NCBI GenBank assembly: GCA_002633005.1
Contig: NMRA01000852.1
Location: 1 to 55,483 of the forward strand
Length of the DNA stretch: 55,483 bases
Direction of reading: 5' to 3'
Source: Phoronis australis
Lineage: Eukaryota > Animalia > Phoronida
The translations under genes were made by a program, and so were the position numbers. This document shows, piece after piece, positions 34,739 through 49,100 of this stretch; position 1 is the first letter of the stretch, and each line of letters starts with the position of its first letter. The notes under the pieces are model-generated. The model was not told the origin of the DNA, did not search any database, and saw only the letters and a list, made by a program, of their open reading frames with translations.

Positions 34739-37180
34739 TATCTGCAACTTTTCATCTCTTCCTCGTTTTGACCTAACGTTCTGAAGTTTGAAATTTTCTG
34801 ATACAGTAAGTTGCCTTTTCTGTCATTGACTGGTTCCCCAATGCATTTTTGTTGGTTTGGAGTGGGCACCAGGGGAGTAGGAGTGGTGATCTTTGTTATT
34901 CCTGTTATCGTAAACGACCTCACTTCTCAATTTTTCATTCGATTTTGCCAATTGTCTCTCATCAGAGCGCTTTCATTTTGAACCTTGCTAGACAAAAATG
35001 CTAATACGTATCAGAATCAGGGCGGCACGATTATCTAAACTACCGCTGCTGTAATGCAACAAACAATGTTATAGTACCGAAGACACGATTTTCAGTAATG
35101 ATCACGTGCGCCAGTTAAAAATGAATACCTCGGCCTCGGACCAGAAAGTGTCCCGCATCGTGGAATGGCAAGCAAGTCACAATGTTTGAGGCAATTAGAC
35201 CGCAAAACATTCCAAAAATATAAAAAGAATTTGTATGGACGAAGTTTCGGTGCTAGCAGTTGCAAACTAGTTACTTTGTTTCTAACATTCCACTCAGCTA
35301 TCATAGCAAAAACAACATCCGGAACGAACCAACGCAAACTAATCCTGCACATGCGCGGTACAACTTGAACAGTGCAAGATCAAAGTGGACATTCCCAGTG
35401 TACAGTTCTAAGTTTAAACTGAGAGCGACCGTGATCGCACTCCGGGACCGTGGGGTAGATGTGGTTGCAGCCAGGCAACTGGCTAGTCCAAATTAGTCTT
35501 CTGCCTCGCTGCATGATTAGCGAATTGGATGAACGGAAATTCATACCAAGCACTGTTCCGAAAATGGCTGTGTGCAACTTCTGTCATAAAATTATACGCC
35601 GAAGTCGAGGTCTTAGTCACTTCGTGGTTGCATTAATCTGATAGGGCTCTCGTTTCGGCCGAGTGACTGTAACCTTCCATGTAAATTACCGCTTACCCCG
35701 AGTGGGGTCACCGAACGTGTTCAGTGGGACAATAGCTACTGAGCTTATGTTTTACAAAAATCATATTCTTAGGCCAGCTTTGAGCCGAGTGAGCAGTTTA
35801 GCGGCAAGGAAAGGAGCATGTCCCGTGTATTCCTATCGTTGTGGCTATGTTACTTTTCGCTCACAGGTATGTCCTATTTATAAGTGTAAAACCTAGAATG
35901 AGCAATTGAAAATTATTTGTATTTGCTAAGTTTGAAAACCTGTGCATTATTTTTTACAAAACATCCATAACACTCTACGTTTATCTAACTAGTAATGCGA
36001 GCGCTATGTTGAACACACCTGCAACTTAAATTATATATTTTCCCAACACAAAACCTTGAGCTATTCCTAACTTATGAGAAGATTCCGAGAAACCAGCACA
36101 ATAAAAGCCAATCGGTGTGTTAAATTGCACTGCATTGCATCAAAAAAAAAAAATGTTTTGCCTATTTACAAAAACGTAGGTTACCTTGTAACCCGTACGT
36201 TTTTTTCTTAATACCCGAAAACAATTCAGAAGATAAACCTAATGGTGAGAATTCGTTCGTTTTCTTTGGAAGTAGTTTGGCTAGTTTATGCTTTATACAT
36301 TGTAGTTAATCGTGCATGTATATACATCATATTGTAATTCATGTGCGCACACTTGGGGGTAGGCTCGGGGGCTCGAACGATCCCCCCATTTGGCAAAGTG
36401 GGCAAAATTGTCCACCTCAGAGAAACAAAAAGTCCGAAAAAAGTAGAAAACGAGACAAATGTAAACTAAAAAGGCAGGAATTTGGCGGGTGCACAATTCA
36501 TAGCTCTGAACTTACACCATAAAAAGTCCACATTCGCAAAAAATCGAGCCACCAAACTTCTTAATCTGAGTGCGCGCGTGTAACTGTGTCAACAAATGGC
36601 GCCGCTGCGACAGGAAGCTACTGGTTTTTGCAATTAGTACCGCAACAGTTTGTGATTTGCCTTTAGTATGACCATTGACCAGAAAAGAACATTTAAGATT
36701 AACTTCGCTCAGGAAACGTACTCCTCACATTTAGGCTACTCTAACAATTCATGTACAATTTTCTAAGTATTCTTCTCCTTAGCGACTGTGAATCCATTCA
36801 GGAAACCGGTACTCATCTATTTTTGACAGCTGTAGAAATGACTTGCGTTGGCAACGGTTCCGAACAATACGGGTTGTTACCGTCATGACACATGTGCTGC
36901 GCGACAGATTGATAAATGTTAATTAATAGTGTTTGCTTGGGAAGTTTTTCTTAATTAAGTCAATCGGATACCGCTTAGCGAAGTTTTCGATTATCTCCAT
37001 AGAACCTTATCAACTGTAAACAAAGAAAGCATTGCGTAGCTTAGTTGTCAAATAACAACTTCTACAGTAATTTTCAAAATTGTGCACTGGTGGTTTTGAA
37101 AGAGCATGTATGTACGAGTATTCCCATCAAGTTCGGTTGGATTTCTTAAAACGTCTGGTGGTCCGGTTTGTTGAAATAAA
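34739..37180 (+). repeat. Partner of the 26442-29035 duplicated block
   Basis: Collinear near-identity; lacks the 151-bp MITE. Confidence 0.95.
35818..35866 (+). CDS. nAChR-like C exon 1 (signal peptide)
   Basis: MSRVFLSLWLCYFSLT + G|gtatgt; phase 1 matches exon 2; hydrophobic leader. Confidence 0.7.
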
Positions 37181-40100
37181 ACTTCATATTCCTCAGACAA
37201 TACAAGTACATTCATGTCAAGGGTATGAAAGTACACAGCACGTGTAACTAGACAGGCCCGTAGCCAGCATTGCGCAGGGGCTGGTTCGAATTTCTTGAAC
37301 GTTGGACCTTACTGTGTTTTCATTAAGGCTCTCAGTTGAAGCAGCTTAATCAGGGGGAAGGGAAATTTGTATACACAACCATGACTCTCAGTTCTATGTT
37401 GTTGAGATTAGACGGAATTAGTAATACCAGAGATGAGGATGCCGTGACGGTTGCACGCAAAGAACAGGACTCAGTTCCGATGTAATGTGGTCCAAAACGT
37501 TCTCGCGTCACTTACTGCCAAATTGTCATATCAGGCATGCTTAAATGAGTGATTACACCTACTCCGACAGAATTATTTAGTCGGAGAATAACTTGACGAA
37601 TTTTTTATCTAGTTATATTTTTGCGTGTTACTTAAGTTGCTTATGTAATTGGAAATGAGAACACCCATCTACTCACCATTCGATTCCCCAAAACAAAGGT
37701 TCACTACTTCGAAGGTTCACTGCTACAAAAAGATCTAATTTTATCAACTCATGTGTAATTTTTACACATATGCAAGCAAAAATGAACAATACTTCGGTTA
37801 TTAGATTCACTGTATGGTGTACATGTACCTATACCGAAAACAACGCCCGTGTAGTGAAATACTTTGTTTGGATTATGCGCTAGCGAAATTGCATGCATGT
37901 CTTACGAATACGGGATAATGAGAACATTTTCGCACTTTAAAGCATATGGAGGGGAATATTGACGAATTTTCAACCACGATACAGTCATCAAATCCATGCC
38001 AAGGTCGCATCTTTTCACAGCGCGACTGAACCTCACCCACTGGAACCATGCACACGGCCAGTGTCTCATACTCCAGCCGGATCTTTTGTATACGATTGAA
38101 CGCTTGCTTAGACTTGCGTACAACTGAAAAGATATTTTTTGTCCACCGATAATTAATACACAACGTGAAATGCCTTTTTAACAAAAGGACATTTCGCTTT
38201 AAATACTTTGAAGCAGGTGCACTTTTACAGTTTGGTCATCTTGTGTTCACACCATGTGCACGTGAACATTTACAGTGTCATCATGTGGTGTTAACCTCAA
38301 CTAAACGAGGTTACAGTGCATGACTATTCCACAGTTCTGACTGTTACTCTGTTTCGTTGGCACAGAGAGACCCAACATTTAAAACAAAAAACCCGCTTTA
38401 TTAAGATTTAACTAGAACGCATATAGAATTTGATGTTTGACTTTTTGTTGATCAGCCCATCATTAAGTGGACACCCGATGATGTCTTTTGGTAATGTTTT
38501 GCCACAAAAGTACATTAATTGACAAAAACGGTTAGTGATAACATGACCCTATTTCGGTTGAAATAGATGTCCAAGGTGAAATCAGAAAAACACTTTTGCA
38601 GTTTTCTAAGTGACCGCTTCGTTTCCGTTTTATGCAGCTATTGAGATTCTCCGTCAAAGTAACGAAAGTCCTATTTTTGATAGCATTTCACGCAAGCGTC
38701 AAGAATAATGCATGGAGCATATTACCTGGCTGTTTGATATGAGTCCAATCGGTTTGCCAAATTTGCATTTCTTTCTGTTTAACTGGCTAACTGCAAAAAA
38801 TAAAAAAACGAATTAGGTCGTTAACTTCCATAATAACAATTTCCAGATTTTCTTCACCGCGATAGGATTCTATTTCCGTTTCCAACAAAAACATCGAATT
38901 CATTAACGAGATCATTAGGGTTGGATAAAACTATAATTACATACATAAAAATCGAAAAAATGATTTATTCACGCATTGCCTGTGACGTGGGTAGGTAACG
39001 GAAATATGGTCCTATCAGCTTAAAGTGTACTACGAGATCATTTTTTGAGATTGAAAGGCCCAATTCAACTTTCGTTTTTTAACCAGCTAAGCAGGGCAAA
39101 AACCAAACAGAACATACATACACAAGCCTTCAAAACAGTCCCAAATCTGATTCATTAATATCTGCAATCTTGCCATTTTCTAGTGGTTTTAAGCGTCAAC
39201 GATGTTGACAAGCAGCTTACAAGGACGATTCTGAGAGATTACGAACCGTCAACACGACCAACGAGCACTTTCCGGGATGCTGTGAACGTAACCATGGATA
39301 TCGGGTTGAGAGAACTGTCGCAACTGGTAAGAAAACAATTAACTTGCAAGTTTTACTTGTATCATAGCGTAACTGAATGAAAGTACATGTACATTCCAGA
39401 CTACTGGCATTAATCTGGGTACGTTATTGTTTTTGTATTCTAGGAAAAATCCATTCGCGCACCTGCACAAGTTACACACGTTCATACCACACCTGTCGCG
39501 TGCCCGGGAAATAACCTGGACGGTTTGCAGGGGAGTTGGCGAAAATATCGATTGAAACTATAGTGCGAATATGTTAATGATGTGAAAATTAACATATATT
39601 TGTCTCGAACGGTTCGCATATTCTCATCAACTTGGGATCCCGACCGCGTGGTAGAACAATAAACGACATGACATCATGTCCGAGTACTAGTTTGACTTTA
39701 AGGTTGAATCTGTTACTAACGGTACTCAAGATCATAAGATATTTCAAATAAATATCTTATCAGGATGTCTCAAAATTTACTCCCCCTTCGGCACACATCA
39801 TGCAGAGTTAAAATTTTGTAAAGGTAGACCTAAGGTCCGTTTCCACATTTCTGAAAGATAATGAAATCTCACTTGAGCAAAAATGTAAAATCTGCGATAA
39901 TGTATGCAAATTATATTTAGACTGCAATGTGTTCGTTAGTGCTCGGCTAAACCTTTAGTCAACCATTGTGCAGCGGGAGTGTATTAGTGTAATTTTATGT
40001 GAATCAGACCCGGGCCTGGCGCAAGGACACACAAAATGTACAGACTGTTTAAACTTCAGACCCGGGCCTCGCGCAAGGACACAAAATGTACTGACTGGTT

Positions 40101-43100
40101 GCACTTTACTATGCAAGGAGGCCACCCCGTGACCTGTATTCTATGCAATGGCTAACAGCTGACACTGAATTTCGGAGAATGAAAGTTTTGTCACAATTCT
40201 AATGGTAACACAAAAGCGTTAATGAAGAGCACAGGCAGTTGTTGGTTTCGGTTTAAAAATGTTTTTACCCGTGCTTAGGTCCAAAAGCGACTTAACTGCA
40301 TAAACTTGGCTTTACGTTAATGAAAATAGATGCCATTTCTAAACGTAAAGAGGACTAAAAGCCCGTTGCTCCTTCAGACCAAAATCAAATGGAAGGTCAA
40401 ACCATGACCTGACGGACGTGTGCTTGGTCTGAAGAAGGGACGAACTCAGTGTAGCGCGAGTTCTTCCCGAGGTCAGAGGTCACTCACTTATAAAGTAAGG
40501 GCAGAACAACACTAGACCAAATTATCACATGTTGAATTGCCAAAATTTATTTATTAACGGAAACCACTGTTTTAAGATAGTATTAAAAACAATACATTTA
40601 TTGTCGTGTCAATATCTTCCACATTCTTGATAAGTTATACGAATTTAAACAAACTAAATTATTCTTGATGTTCATAATCAACGGGGTTATTGAAGTGTAA
40701 GAAGATTTGCTGGTCGTTTTTGGGTTAATTGATTTTTATATTTCAGCAAGAAGCTGATCAAACGTTGACTATCAAAGCTTGGGTAAGACTGGTGAGTAAA
40801 CTTTATCGTCGTCTTTCTTCAACTCGATTCCAAACGACGAAGGGTTCATTTAAAAAGAAATGAATAAGAACAATACGTTCATTTGGAATTTAAGGAAGTC
40901 CTCCTATGCCATGACCAGTCTCGAAATTTAACCGTCTACTTATATATCGTAAAGAGTCCCTCGATGACATACTTCATTCTTCTCTACTAACTTGTTTGTG
41001 TTCTGATATAAGTTGCTGAGAATCCAGTTTAGAGCTCAATGACGGTAGGACCTCAGTTGAACTAATCAAGAATTCGAGAGATTACGTGAGACAGTGCCGT
41101 ATATTTTAAACGGGAACTCGGGATTTTGGCTATACATTTGCGAAAGACTAGCGTACCCTTAGGTGCTAGCGCTACTGGACTCAAGTCTGTTGTTTCTAGT
41201 GACTTGTACCCACGTCACAGCAGTAGTACCCCCATACCCGCAATGGTCACGTGGTACTTATAACTACCGTGGTAGTACCGCCATACCCGCAGTAGATCGC
41301 TGTAGGGCCGCCAGTCTACATTTTCGGCAATAGCACGACGGTTGTACTGCGGAAGCACGGCGCCGGAGGTGCTACTGCGGTCCTTGTACGGTACCACGGG
41401 GGTCATGACGGTGTCACGGCAATCCCACTGCGAAAGTTTTGAACGTTTTCAAAGTTTCCCCCGTGCCACTGCGAAAGTCCGCGGTTTTCACAGTTTACGC
41501 GGTGCTACGGCAATCAATGGCGGAACCACTGCGGAAAACCGGCGATCATGGCGGTGCCGCTGCGGTTTACCGTTTATGCTTACAAGTGACACCGCATCTC
41601 CGGGGGTATTACTTACACCCACATACATCATACATGTCTAGTGCACTACTTACACGGGCTTGTGCTTCATCATAATTATCCAAATAGCTATTGATATGAT
41701 CCATGTCAAATATGTCTACGATGAATTCAGCTGGAGGGGGTGTGGCATGAAACTCAGGGGGCAGCAATAGGGCCGTCCCGGATTACTCAACTCCACTCTC
41801 ATTATAATTACCCACACTTGCTGCCTCACTCTTGTGTCATTGGACTTAATATTTTATTTGTTGGTGTCTGTTTCTTACAGTACATGATTTTCTCGGTTGT
41901 CTTACTCTATTCGTCCTTCTAATGCCAACGAAGTAAAGTAACTGCTGTGCTGTGGGCTGCAACTTCGGCGTAAGAAAGTTTGATAAACTGGACTAATAGC
42001 GCTGGATGTGTGATGTGAAAAACGTGCCTTCCCGACATCAATGAGAGACGCGAAACTGGGCGTGAGTTCCAAAACACGCTTTCTGATCTCAGAACAAGTG
42101 AGAGTTCTGGCGCCGCAAAATCCGGGATTGCCCCATTGGCCGTGACCTAGTCTCGTACATGTATATGATCCGAGACGACTTCTCATGGTCGAGTGCGGCG
42201 ATTGTGTATTTGATTAGATGCATCAAATATCCGTGACGCTTGATATTTTTTGAAACCTAATTATGATTTATGACGCGCGAGAATGGGCTGTCGTAAATCC
42301 AGTCAACTACAACGAGAAAGCATTGAAGATCATTTCAGTCTAATATGACACCAGTGGTTTTATGATACAGGATCGGAACTTTAAATTAAATCAACAGAGC
42401 CGGAGGCCAAGGAAAATTTTACCAGGTCATATAAGCCAGAGTTGTTTTATGGAACTCGGAATTCCGGTAAATTCGTGTCCGACTGCAAACATTTTTCCTG
42501 GTAAGAATTTGCGTGAAAAATACTAGGGATAATTTACAACGATTTTCATCTACCAACGGCGTTATGTCACTGGCGTTTCGGGTATTCATGAGACAAGTTT
42601 ATTGTCAGACATCAAAGCGACATCGTTTGGATACGTCTGTCCACTGTAACTGTAATTCTGTGAAAGATCGAGAAGAGGCACAGTCTTGTGTTTTACATGT
42701 GCGAGTGTCTCGACCTAGTTCGTTCATGGTTACACGATTTTGGTACGATATTTAATTCATTGTATTAATTTGCATATGAATGACTGTCTCCGACCTGGTC
42801 CTACAACTTGTAACATTCATAGGCGCCGCAGTTCTGGAATAACTGGGGACTATAGCGCCTTACCCCACCCCCACTCCCTATGCCGGGTGCGACGCCCATG
42901 TTGTTACATTATGTGAAAAAGAGAAGTGCTCCAAACGTTAAGGTTTTGATACATCGACATTTTTTACTATTTTTCCCAATCTTTCATTCAGTTTTGATCG
43001 CCGGTAACGGCCTTTATTATTTTTAGCTACCCTTTTCCTGACATATCTTTGAAGGACACGACCAGTAACAACAATGAAATACTGTGCGCATGCCGGTCAC

Positions 43101-46100
43101 GCTCGGGCACTATTTCCGCTAAAAAAGTATTAGCATCGCTCCCGGCCTTACTGCACCTTAGATTCGCCAATCTGTAACCGCAGTGTATTTGAAAAGTTGC
43201 ATTTACAGGAGAGTTCGCAAAACTATCCACATAAATGTACACAAACATAAATTCGCTCGTGCGCGAGTGCACCCCCCAAACACGCATACAGGCACGATTT
43301 ATATGTCACTTGTTCTCTCTTCTTGCAGTCCTGGTACGACGTTTCTCTTACGTGGAACATGTCCAAATATCAAGGAGTTACAAGAACGGAGTTATCAACC
43401 AAAAATGTTTGGCTTCCTGATATTGTTCTGTTTAACGGGTTAGTCACTCTTTGTCATTTTTGCGTTCATTTGTTCCATTAAATGTTACAAACCAATGTGC
43501 TCTTTTCACAAGAGTGGGTAGGAGTTTACAGTCTCAATATTTGATGACGTTTTCTTATATTTGATTTCGCAGTTCTCCGGTCTCAAAATTGCTCTATGAT
43601 TCCAGCTCTTTCAAAAATCGTCACAAGTCGATCGAAGATTCAGTTGTCTTCACACTTCAACTGACTCTTTTAGTTTATTATTCTATGGAAGTTAAAGGAA
43701 GTCCCTGCTGACATTATATAAAATCAAATTGTCATAATCTTTTCCAAGTTGTCAAAGAAAATTGCACGATTTGCTTTCTTTTAGCAAACGTCTTGCAATT
43801 AGGCAAAAATTTTAGGAATTTCTTCAACTAGAAAGTATACTAATGGTATATACCTCTAACTGAGTAAATTTTATAGGTTGGCGGGAGCAAAAATCTGCTC
43901 AGACGGTTATTCTACATGTTTCGTGGTGTGGCCACAGGTGGCGAGCTGATCAGACTTGGAAATGTTTCAAACAGTAATGGTGCGCTTTCGCTTTCCAAGT
44001 CACAAATTCTCAGTTCAAGTAGACAGAAACTTAATATTGACTTAGCAGAAATAACCTGTTTTTTATTTTCCAATGTTATTGAGGACACTTTTGTTTTACT
44101 TTTAATAATAACTCAAAGACTGGACTTAGAGAAGAGAATATTCACACCGAGTTTTGTATTAAAAATTCATTTTCACATTTTGAGGTCTTAAAACCATTGA
44201 ATTCAGTGACATTGGTTATAGTCAATAATTGTACAGCTATAGTCACACTAGCAACGCTAGTAGTAAAAGTAATACCAGATGATGACGACAATAACAGCCA
44301 CAACAACAAACAAATAACAAGGGCTGTGGTGAACGATGTCTTATTTTCAACACTATACATGCACATGTATACTGATCGTTCTGCCGTGTTCACCTTTTAG
44401 GAATGGGGTTTCCCACTGAACAAAGTACCAAAACGTCTGGACATGCAGAGTAGTAAATACGGCATAGCTTAATTGTTATTTCTCTTCTTGTGTTTAATTG
44501 TCCTACAACAAGAAATGATAATAACGACGTGTTCACATTTTAAGAGCGGGGTTTCCCACTGACTTTTGTTCTGAACAAAGTACCAAAACGTCTGGACATG
44601 CAGAGTAGTAAATATGGCATAAGTTAATAGTTATTTCTCTTCTTATGTTTAACAAGAAATAATAATAAAGGCGACGACGACATCAACATCAACAACAATA
44701 ACAAAACAGTACTAGTAATGATACTAATAATAACAACGACGCCAATTCTTGCTGTGATAAAAAAAATAATAATAATGATGCTGGTACTACTGAATTATGA
44801 ATAATGATAATTGAAATAAGTCTGATAGAGTCGCCAATTTTTTTTCTCAGCGCCGCTGGAAACGATTTCTACCTCACAGATTCCCACTCTTTATTAGTTG
44901 TTACATACGACGGTCACGTGTCATGGAGATTTCCCGCCACGTTAGTCAGCTTCTGTCCGCTAGATGTCACCTACTTCCCATTCGACAAACAGGTAACAAT
45001 GTATTACAGATTATTGGCATTGAAACAACAATTTTGGTTACCTTGTCTTATCATTTTAAAAACTTTTTACACTAAAATCAGATTCGCATAATTAACTGAC
45101 AGAAAAGGTTTTATGTACATGTACATGTATTGAGTATTCTCTGTCATGTCTCCAGCAGGTTTATGAGTATGTTTCGTTACCAGGTCTGCCACATGAATTT
45201 CGGCTCCTGGGTGTTTAGTTTAGCACAACTGGATCTCCATGCCGTAGGAGACACTGGGGATGCAAGTGTATTCAAAGGTAAGCACCATTGTGAAGAGATT
45301 AATGAAGGTGGGGCTAGCCTAAAATTAGGTGGATTCGAGTTTTTTAGAATGTGGACCTCTTACTAAAAAACGAGGTACTTCCAAAGCTATGAATTGTGCA
45401 TTCGCCGAATTCCTGTCTGTTAAGTGGTCTTTTGTCTTTTTTCTGCTTTTTCAAACTTTTTGTTCCTCTGAAGCGGACCTTTTTGCCCTCTTCACCAAAC
45501 GGAGGGCTCGTTTCACCCCCCTCGAGCGTACCCCTGGGTGCGCGCAGGACGAACAGCTGGTTCCTTTCAAACCCTCTCCTCTGACTGAGTAACAGGTTAA
45601 GGCCAATTTTGTACATGTAGCAGTACAGTGAAGCTTCTTGGGCGAAATTTAGGTTTATAGCCGCCTTAAATAAACTATTGCTTCGGCAAATAAGCGCAAT
45701 TTTATACATATAAGACGACTCAATTTCAATTTTACCCAACAATTCCCAAGGTGAAAATGAAGAATCTGTGAAAAAATACGCTTTCCCTATGACGTACACG
45801 GCATGCATCATGCCCTTGCAGTTTTATTCAACAGGCCAGGCTATGTCACAATATCATTCGACACAAAACTTAAGTTTGGAAACTTCTAGCAACTTATATT
45901 CCACGTTTTCATAATGTCATAAAAAGCCACCATTTCAACTGCCTTATTCCCCATATTAGCCCCAAAACGGAAGACAGTATGCTTGTGCAACATACAGGTA
46001 ATCACACTAAAGTTATGTTATATGCTGGTTTTCTGGGATGACAATTTTATCCGGAATCAAAATGAAGTTTAGCACACTTTGCTCGTGTAATTATCACGGC

Positions 46101-49100
46101 AGTTAGTTTCCCAAGAACAAAAACCGTTACCCATTTGGGCCTGTTATAGTGTTAGATTAGCATCCAATGAAAGTTATTACAGGTCTGCGAATTAAAAACA
46201 ATACCCGAAGAATTATGCTGATCGAAATTTTTATGGAACACCATGGACATTGAAGCAGGACTAAATCCGCAGTTTATTTTCAGAGAATAACGAATGGATT
46301 CTTGAAAAATTCCCAGTTGAAAGAGGTGTTACCACTTACAATTCGTCTGAAGATCAGTACCCGATGCTGACGTTCTCGCTGTATTTAAAGAGACGACCAT
46401 TATACGTTACTTTCAACTTAGTAAGTTGATAAGGATGTGGAAATAGGATTTTGATTAACTACGTAATTCGGTTTATTTATCTTTCACCTCTTGTATTTTA
46501 CCAGTTACAATCACCGTGGAATTAAGATGATACGACATTTTAGAACATTCCTTACAAATGCATTTATTCATTGTCGTACATGTACCGGTACATTGTCTAG
46601 CTCTCAGCTTACTGAGATTCTACAACACTTTAAGTTTGTCGCGTTATGAAGTGACGTGGAATTTTTCATCAAATTGGTGTAACCCAATCTTTTGCGGCTC
46701 TGCCTAACCGCCTGGAAACTCATTGAACATTTTATGTTGACAGAATTGTAGTTGTTGTTTTATTGATAGAAAAATCTGTCATTTTTAACGTTTACTCGAA
46801 AATCAATGAAATTCGACTCATTCCCATGGTCTAGGATGATTGAAATTACAGGCCACAAAGATCACTGTTGTCAAATCAATAGGGTTGATTTAGCAGATCA
46901 ACTGCATACAAAACGTGTGTCTTCGTCAGATACAAAAACAGGATAAGGCTGCATGAGTTACACCATTTTCCCAAAATTTGATCCATCGAAATCTTTTCCG
47001 CTGCCAGCACGATCTTATCCTGGTTTACTATTCATGTGTTCTCGCTGTAGGTTCTTCCATCGTGCCTGATTGCCGCCATTGGTATGTTGGCATACATACT
47101 GCCCTCTGACGACGGCGAGAAGATTGGTCTCTGTGTCACTATGTTGGTGGCACTGTCCTTCATAATGTTACTGATGGCGGACAAGATGCCACCAACCTCT
47201 CTGTCCATCCCATTGTTGGGTAATTATTTTATATTTGTCTTCCAACTCACATGCAACAAATGACTTCACAGCAATCAGTACAGGGGCATTAGCTATCGTT
47301 GTTGCTCGTTCTTATTTTCAAATCAGTGAGATTACCTGATAACCATCACTCAAAGTTTTGTTTTGACAACGATTAAGTACTGTACTTTGCCTGAAGCATC
47401 TGTTTAATTATTTTCAAGTGCAAATGAATCTTCTTTACAGGAGAGTTCTTTGCCGTAATTGTGACTATGCTGTCTGTGACGACACTGTTGTCAGCGTTTG
47501 TTATCCACGTCCACTTCCGTGGAGGCCATGGTAAACCGGTACCAAAATGGGTCAATGTCTTGGTACTGAAAGGTTTGGCCAGAATTCTGTGCTTTGACGT
47601 TGACTGCACTAGTAAGGTGAGTTACTGAATTGCCTTTATCTCAAAACGGGGTTCAGTGCCTCAATAACATCTAGTAACATAGGCATTGCTTCTACAGAAG
47701 TTTACATTTCTCTATACATGTAAACAATAGCCTTTTTTCCGAAATTACAATCAAGTTTCAAGGGAAGAAGGTGAGATCGCACGATCTTGCGAAGTTGCCC
47801 GTCCCCATCCACTCGTTATAGTATTGAGCGGAGACCGACTTGGAATTAAGAAAAGAACAATTGGCAATAGTTTGATATAATGTGACCGCATTTTGAGAAC
47901 CAGTTTGATACCCGTTATTTAGTGGAGAAAACTAGTTCTCAAAATTTGGGCACGTTATGTCAGACCATTACCGAAACAATCTGTGCTCTTAAAGATGTAT
48001 TTGCATGCAAGTGTATCGCAGGACTAAACGCGGATGCTATTTGAACATCATCTACATGTACGCTCTAAACACAAAGTGCCATTGTATTGATGGACAACTT
48101 GTAAATGTGAAAACAAAAAAATCTACAAATTGGTGACCTTTGCACTAATGACCTACCTCGCAGGCTCACATAGCTCCCATCATTCAGTGTTATTCCCCGA
48201 CACCACGTCACGGTACTTACTGGACACGCTTGAGTGATTTACAGTGGATAATTTTCGACTCGAAACTTGTCCATAAAAACATTTGGCAATTTTCAACGTC
48301 CTACATATTCACATCGTCGCTACAGTACATGTTGTGATTCTAGCTAATTTAACCAAGCAATCACAGAGATAAGGAGTTAGCGTGCAAGCTTTACTTTAAG
48401 CGTGTCTACCTTGCTAAGTTGTTGAATCATGCGCCAGGTATTTTAGGTCACTGTGTCTGCAACTCATTAGCTCTTGACTTCTTTCGTATTTTGGACTGAA
48501 GTTACCCATGACGTAATCAAAGCCCACTTAACTTTTAAGGGGTGCTGTGGAAGAGTAGACTAATTTGATAGCCTTTGTAAAAAACTAACTAGACGTCACA
48601 ATATATACTTTTTATTTATTTTAAACAAAAACTACTTCCTGGAATGCTTAGCTTTCAGACCCTCAGCTATACACCGCAATTATGCTAAGCACGAGCTTCA
48701 ATTAGCATAGATGTGTCCTTCGTCTCATGCCAATAAAATTTCCTGTTTCACTATGGCTGCACTGGTTTGACTTTGCCTGTTTCTCCGGGCCAACTGACTG
48801 AAACATATAAGAGTCTGTAAACTGGAAATTGTCATCGAAACCGAACCATTTTATCAGTAACACTAAAAAGCAAGACTTCGCGCGACTACATCTACTCGTA
48901 TACTATACGTGGGATAATGCAATGCCGATTAAACGTGAACACCACGCAATGTTGGCTACATTTTAGACGCGAGGTCCTAACGTACATGTACATGTAGGTC
49001 TTAGCATTTCTGAGCTCTACCCAGATGTGTTAACTGGTTGATCCGGCGGAACCGGCGAAGACATCAATGTCAGCCAAATGAGTTACAAAGCAGATATCAT

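Noticed and set aside
32121-40791. Concatenated two-subunit receptor by splicing the orphan TM3 exon into downstream gene C
   Set aside because: Topology would be wrong without TM4, and assembly joins offer a simpler explanation; no evidence in sequence.
45344-45811. 155-aa antisense ORF in nAChR intron 6
   Set aside because: Half of it is the dispersed MITE-like repeat; chance ORF.
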